Below are positions 62,604 to 64,000 of a stretch of DNA of 64,000 nucleotides, piece by piece. The notes under the pieces were generated by a model. That model had not been told where the DNA came from and did not search any database. It saw nothing but the letters and a program-made list of their open reading frames with translations. Each line of letters starts with the position of its first letter. Positions within the stretch are counted from its first letter, which is position 1. The stretch spans positions 1,319,523 through 1,383,522 of the forward strand of contig NZ_CANMNI010000001.1 in the NCBI RefSeq assembly GCF_947499215.1, given 5' to 3'. This DNA is from an uncultured Pontibacter sp. (GTDB lineage: Bacteria; Bacteroidota; Bacteroidia; Cytophagales; Hymenobacteraceae). A program made the position numbers and the translations under genes.

Positions 62604-64000
62604 ATGAAAAAAGCACAGATTAAAGCAACAGCCCCGGCCTTGTTACTCTCCGCCTGCCTCGTAGCGGGATCCGGCTGCAGTTCCAGCCAACCCACAGCTA
62701 CAGCCACTACCGCAGAGCAGACCACTGAAGCAGCTGTTAGCACCGCCCAGCCACAGTTACCACAGCCTCCTGCGGCTGCCAAAAAGCCGAAAGAGCTTAC
62801 TGCCCACGGCCATACTCGCGTGGATAACTACTACTGGCTGAACGAGCGTGAGAACCCGGAAGTGATCGCCTACCTTAACGCCGAGAACGATTATACCAAG
62901 CAGATTATGGCCGATACGGAAGACCTGCAGGAGAAACTCTTCAACGAGATTGTGGGGCGCATCAAGCAGACCGACGAGTCAGTGCCCTTCAAGAAGAATG
63001 GTTACTTCTACTATACCCGTTTCGAGGCAGGCAAAGAGTACCCGATCTATGTCCGCAAAAAAGGGAGTCTGGATGCCAAAGAAGAGGTGATGGTGAATGC
63101 CAACGAGCGTGCCGAGGGTAAGAGCTATTATGCCGCCGCTGGTATGAACGTGAGCCCCAACAACCGCCTGCTGGCTTTTGGCGAGGACACCGTGAGCCGT
63201 CGCCAGTATACCATCCGCTTCAAAGACCTGCAGACCGGCGAGCTGCTGCCTGACCGCATACCTAACACCACGGGCGGCGCTGTGTGGGCTAATGATAACA
63301 AGACCGTATTCTATACCATGAAGGACCCTTCGTTGCGCTCTTTCAAAATCTTCCGCCATACCTTGGGCACACCCACCTCGCAGGACAAAGAGGTGTACCA
63401 CGAAGCCGACGAAACCTTCAGCACCTTTGTGTATAAAACTAAATCCGAGAAATACATTATCATCGGCTCCAGCAGCACTTTGTCGCAGGAGTACCGCTTC
63501 TTGGATGCCGCCAATCCAACTGCCAGTTTAAAGATCATTCAGCCGCGTGAGCGAGGGCTAGAGTACGACGTCGACCACTTCGGTGACAACTTTTACATCC
63601 GTACCAACAAAGACGGCGCCACCAACTTCAAGCTGATGAGGACCCCCGTAGGCAAAACCACCAAGGAAAACTGGAAAGAGGTGATCCCGCACCGCGCCGA
63701 CACCTACTTGGAGGGCACTGAGATCTTTAAGGATCACCTCGTGCTGCAAGAGCGAAAAAATGGCCTAACGCAGTTGCGCATCAAGAAGTGGAATGATCCG
63801 AAAACCGATTACTATGTGGATTTTGGGGAAGAGGCCTACACCGCCGGCATCAGCGTCAATCCAGACTTCGACAGTAAGGTGCTGCGCTATGTGTACAGTT
63901 CTCTCACCACCCCAAGCTCCACGTTCGACTACAACATGGAGACAAAGCAGAAAACCCTGCTAAAAGAACAGGAAGTAGTGGGCGATTTTGACAAGAACAA
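62604..64000 (+). CDS. oligopeptidase B / prolyl oligopeptidase family (S9A) lipoprotein, 5' partial (runs off the right edge)
   Basis: Not in the ORF track because there is no stop in the window. Hand translation from ATG 62604 gives MKKAQIKATAPALLLSACLVAGSGC... then HGHTRVDNYYWLNERENPEVIAYLNAENDYTK, the conserved S9A N-terminal propeller entry. Confidence 0.85.
   Translation, partial: MKKAQIKATAPALLLSACLVAGSGCSSSQPTATATTAEQTTEAAVSTAQPQLPQPPAAAKKPKELTAHGHTRVDNYYWLNERENPEVIAYLNAENDYTKQIMADTEDLQEKLFNEIVGRIKQTDESVPFKKNGYFYYTRFEAGKEYPIYVRKKGSLDAKEEVMVNANERAEGKSYYAAAGMNVSPNNRLLAFGEDTVSRRQYTIRFKDLQTGELLPDRIPNTTGGAVWANDNKTVFYTMKDPSLRSFKIFRHTLGTPTSQDKEVYHEADETFSTFVYKTKSEKYIIIGSSSTLSQEYRFLDAANPTASLKIIQPRERGLEYDVDHFGDNFYIRTNKDGATNFKLMRTPVGKTTKENWKEVIPHRADTYLEGTEIFKDHLVLQERKNGLTQLRIKKWNDPKTDYYVDFGEEAYTAGISVNPDFDSKVLRYVYSSLTTPSSTFDYNMETKQKTLLKEQEVVGDFDKN

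Noticed and set aside
62588-63749. Minus-strand ORFs 62588-62782, 62979-63401, 63311-63538 and 63558-63749.
   Set aside because: They are antisense to an open plus-strand frame with clear oligopeptidase B (S9A) N-terminal homology, which is absent from the track only because it has no stop in the window.
9100-64000. Search for canonical defence or mobile systems (restriction-modification, toxin-antitoxin, retron, CBASS, Gabija and similar, transposase, phage genes).
   Set aside because: There is no reverse transcriptase, helicase-nuclease pair, STAND/AAA ATPase, cyclase, TIR/SIR2 effector, transposase or phage structural gene among the translations. The only nuclease-type accessory gene is the GIY-YIG cassette, reported above.

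Overview
This 64-kb window looks like a chromosomal segment of a Cytophagia-type Bacteroidota genome. A Pontibacter/Hymenobacteraceae-like origin is only a low-confidence guess. Supporting signs are TAnnTTTG-type promoter boxes, no Shine-Dalgarno sequences, many lipoprotein signals, a CarboxypepD_reg-type outer-membrane barrel and a DUF2911 protein. Positions 1-8.8 kb are the 3' part of a minus-strand surface-polysaccharide locus: Wza, Wzc, a UDP-HexNAc dehydrogenase/4-epimerase pair, a dehydratase/aminotransferase/acetyltransferase trio and a glycosyltransferase fragment. This locus is compositionally patchy, with a GC-rich block at about 3550-5425 whose edges fall inside two genes. The rest is mostly housekeeping or accessory metabolism: flavin reductase, a MarR regulator with two tandem YceI genes, di-haem cytochrome c, Ogt, two PAP2 phosphatases around tRNA-Leu(CAG), ThpR, CinA, M61 and DPP3-like peptidases, three transporters, an MsbA-like ABC exporter, a PIG-L deacetylase operon, a LytTR two-component system with an outer-membrane barrel, deoxynucleoside kinase, a large GAF protein, CDGSH, ACBP and oligopeptidase B. 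I see no CRISPR array, prophage, integrase, reverse transcriptase or recognisable defence operon. The signals I rate highest are: (1) a 418-bp cassette in which a GIY-YIG nuclease ORF is bounded by perfect 29-bp terminal inverted repeats and a TTAT direct duplication, plus an 83-bp ORF-less element with related ends 11 kb away; (2) a strongly iterated, frame-independent motif AGGTATA / CAGGTATA (TATACCTG), far above random expectation and sparse in the polysaccharide locus; (3) two further REP/MITE-like repeat families; (4) the intragenic GC-rich mosaic. All functional calls come from reading the translations by eye, and no database search was run.
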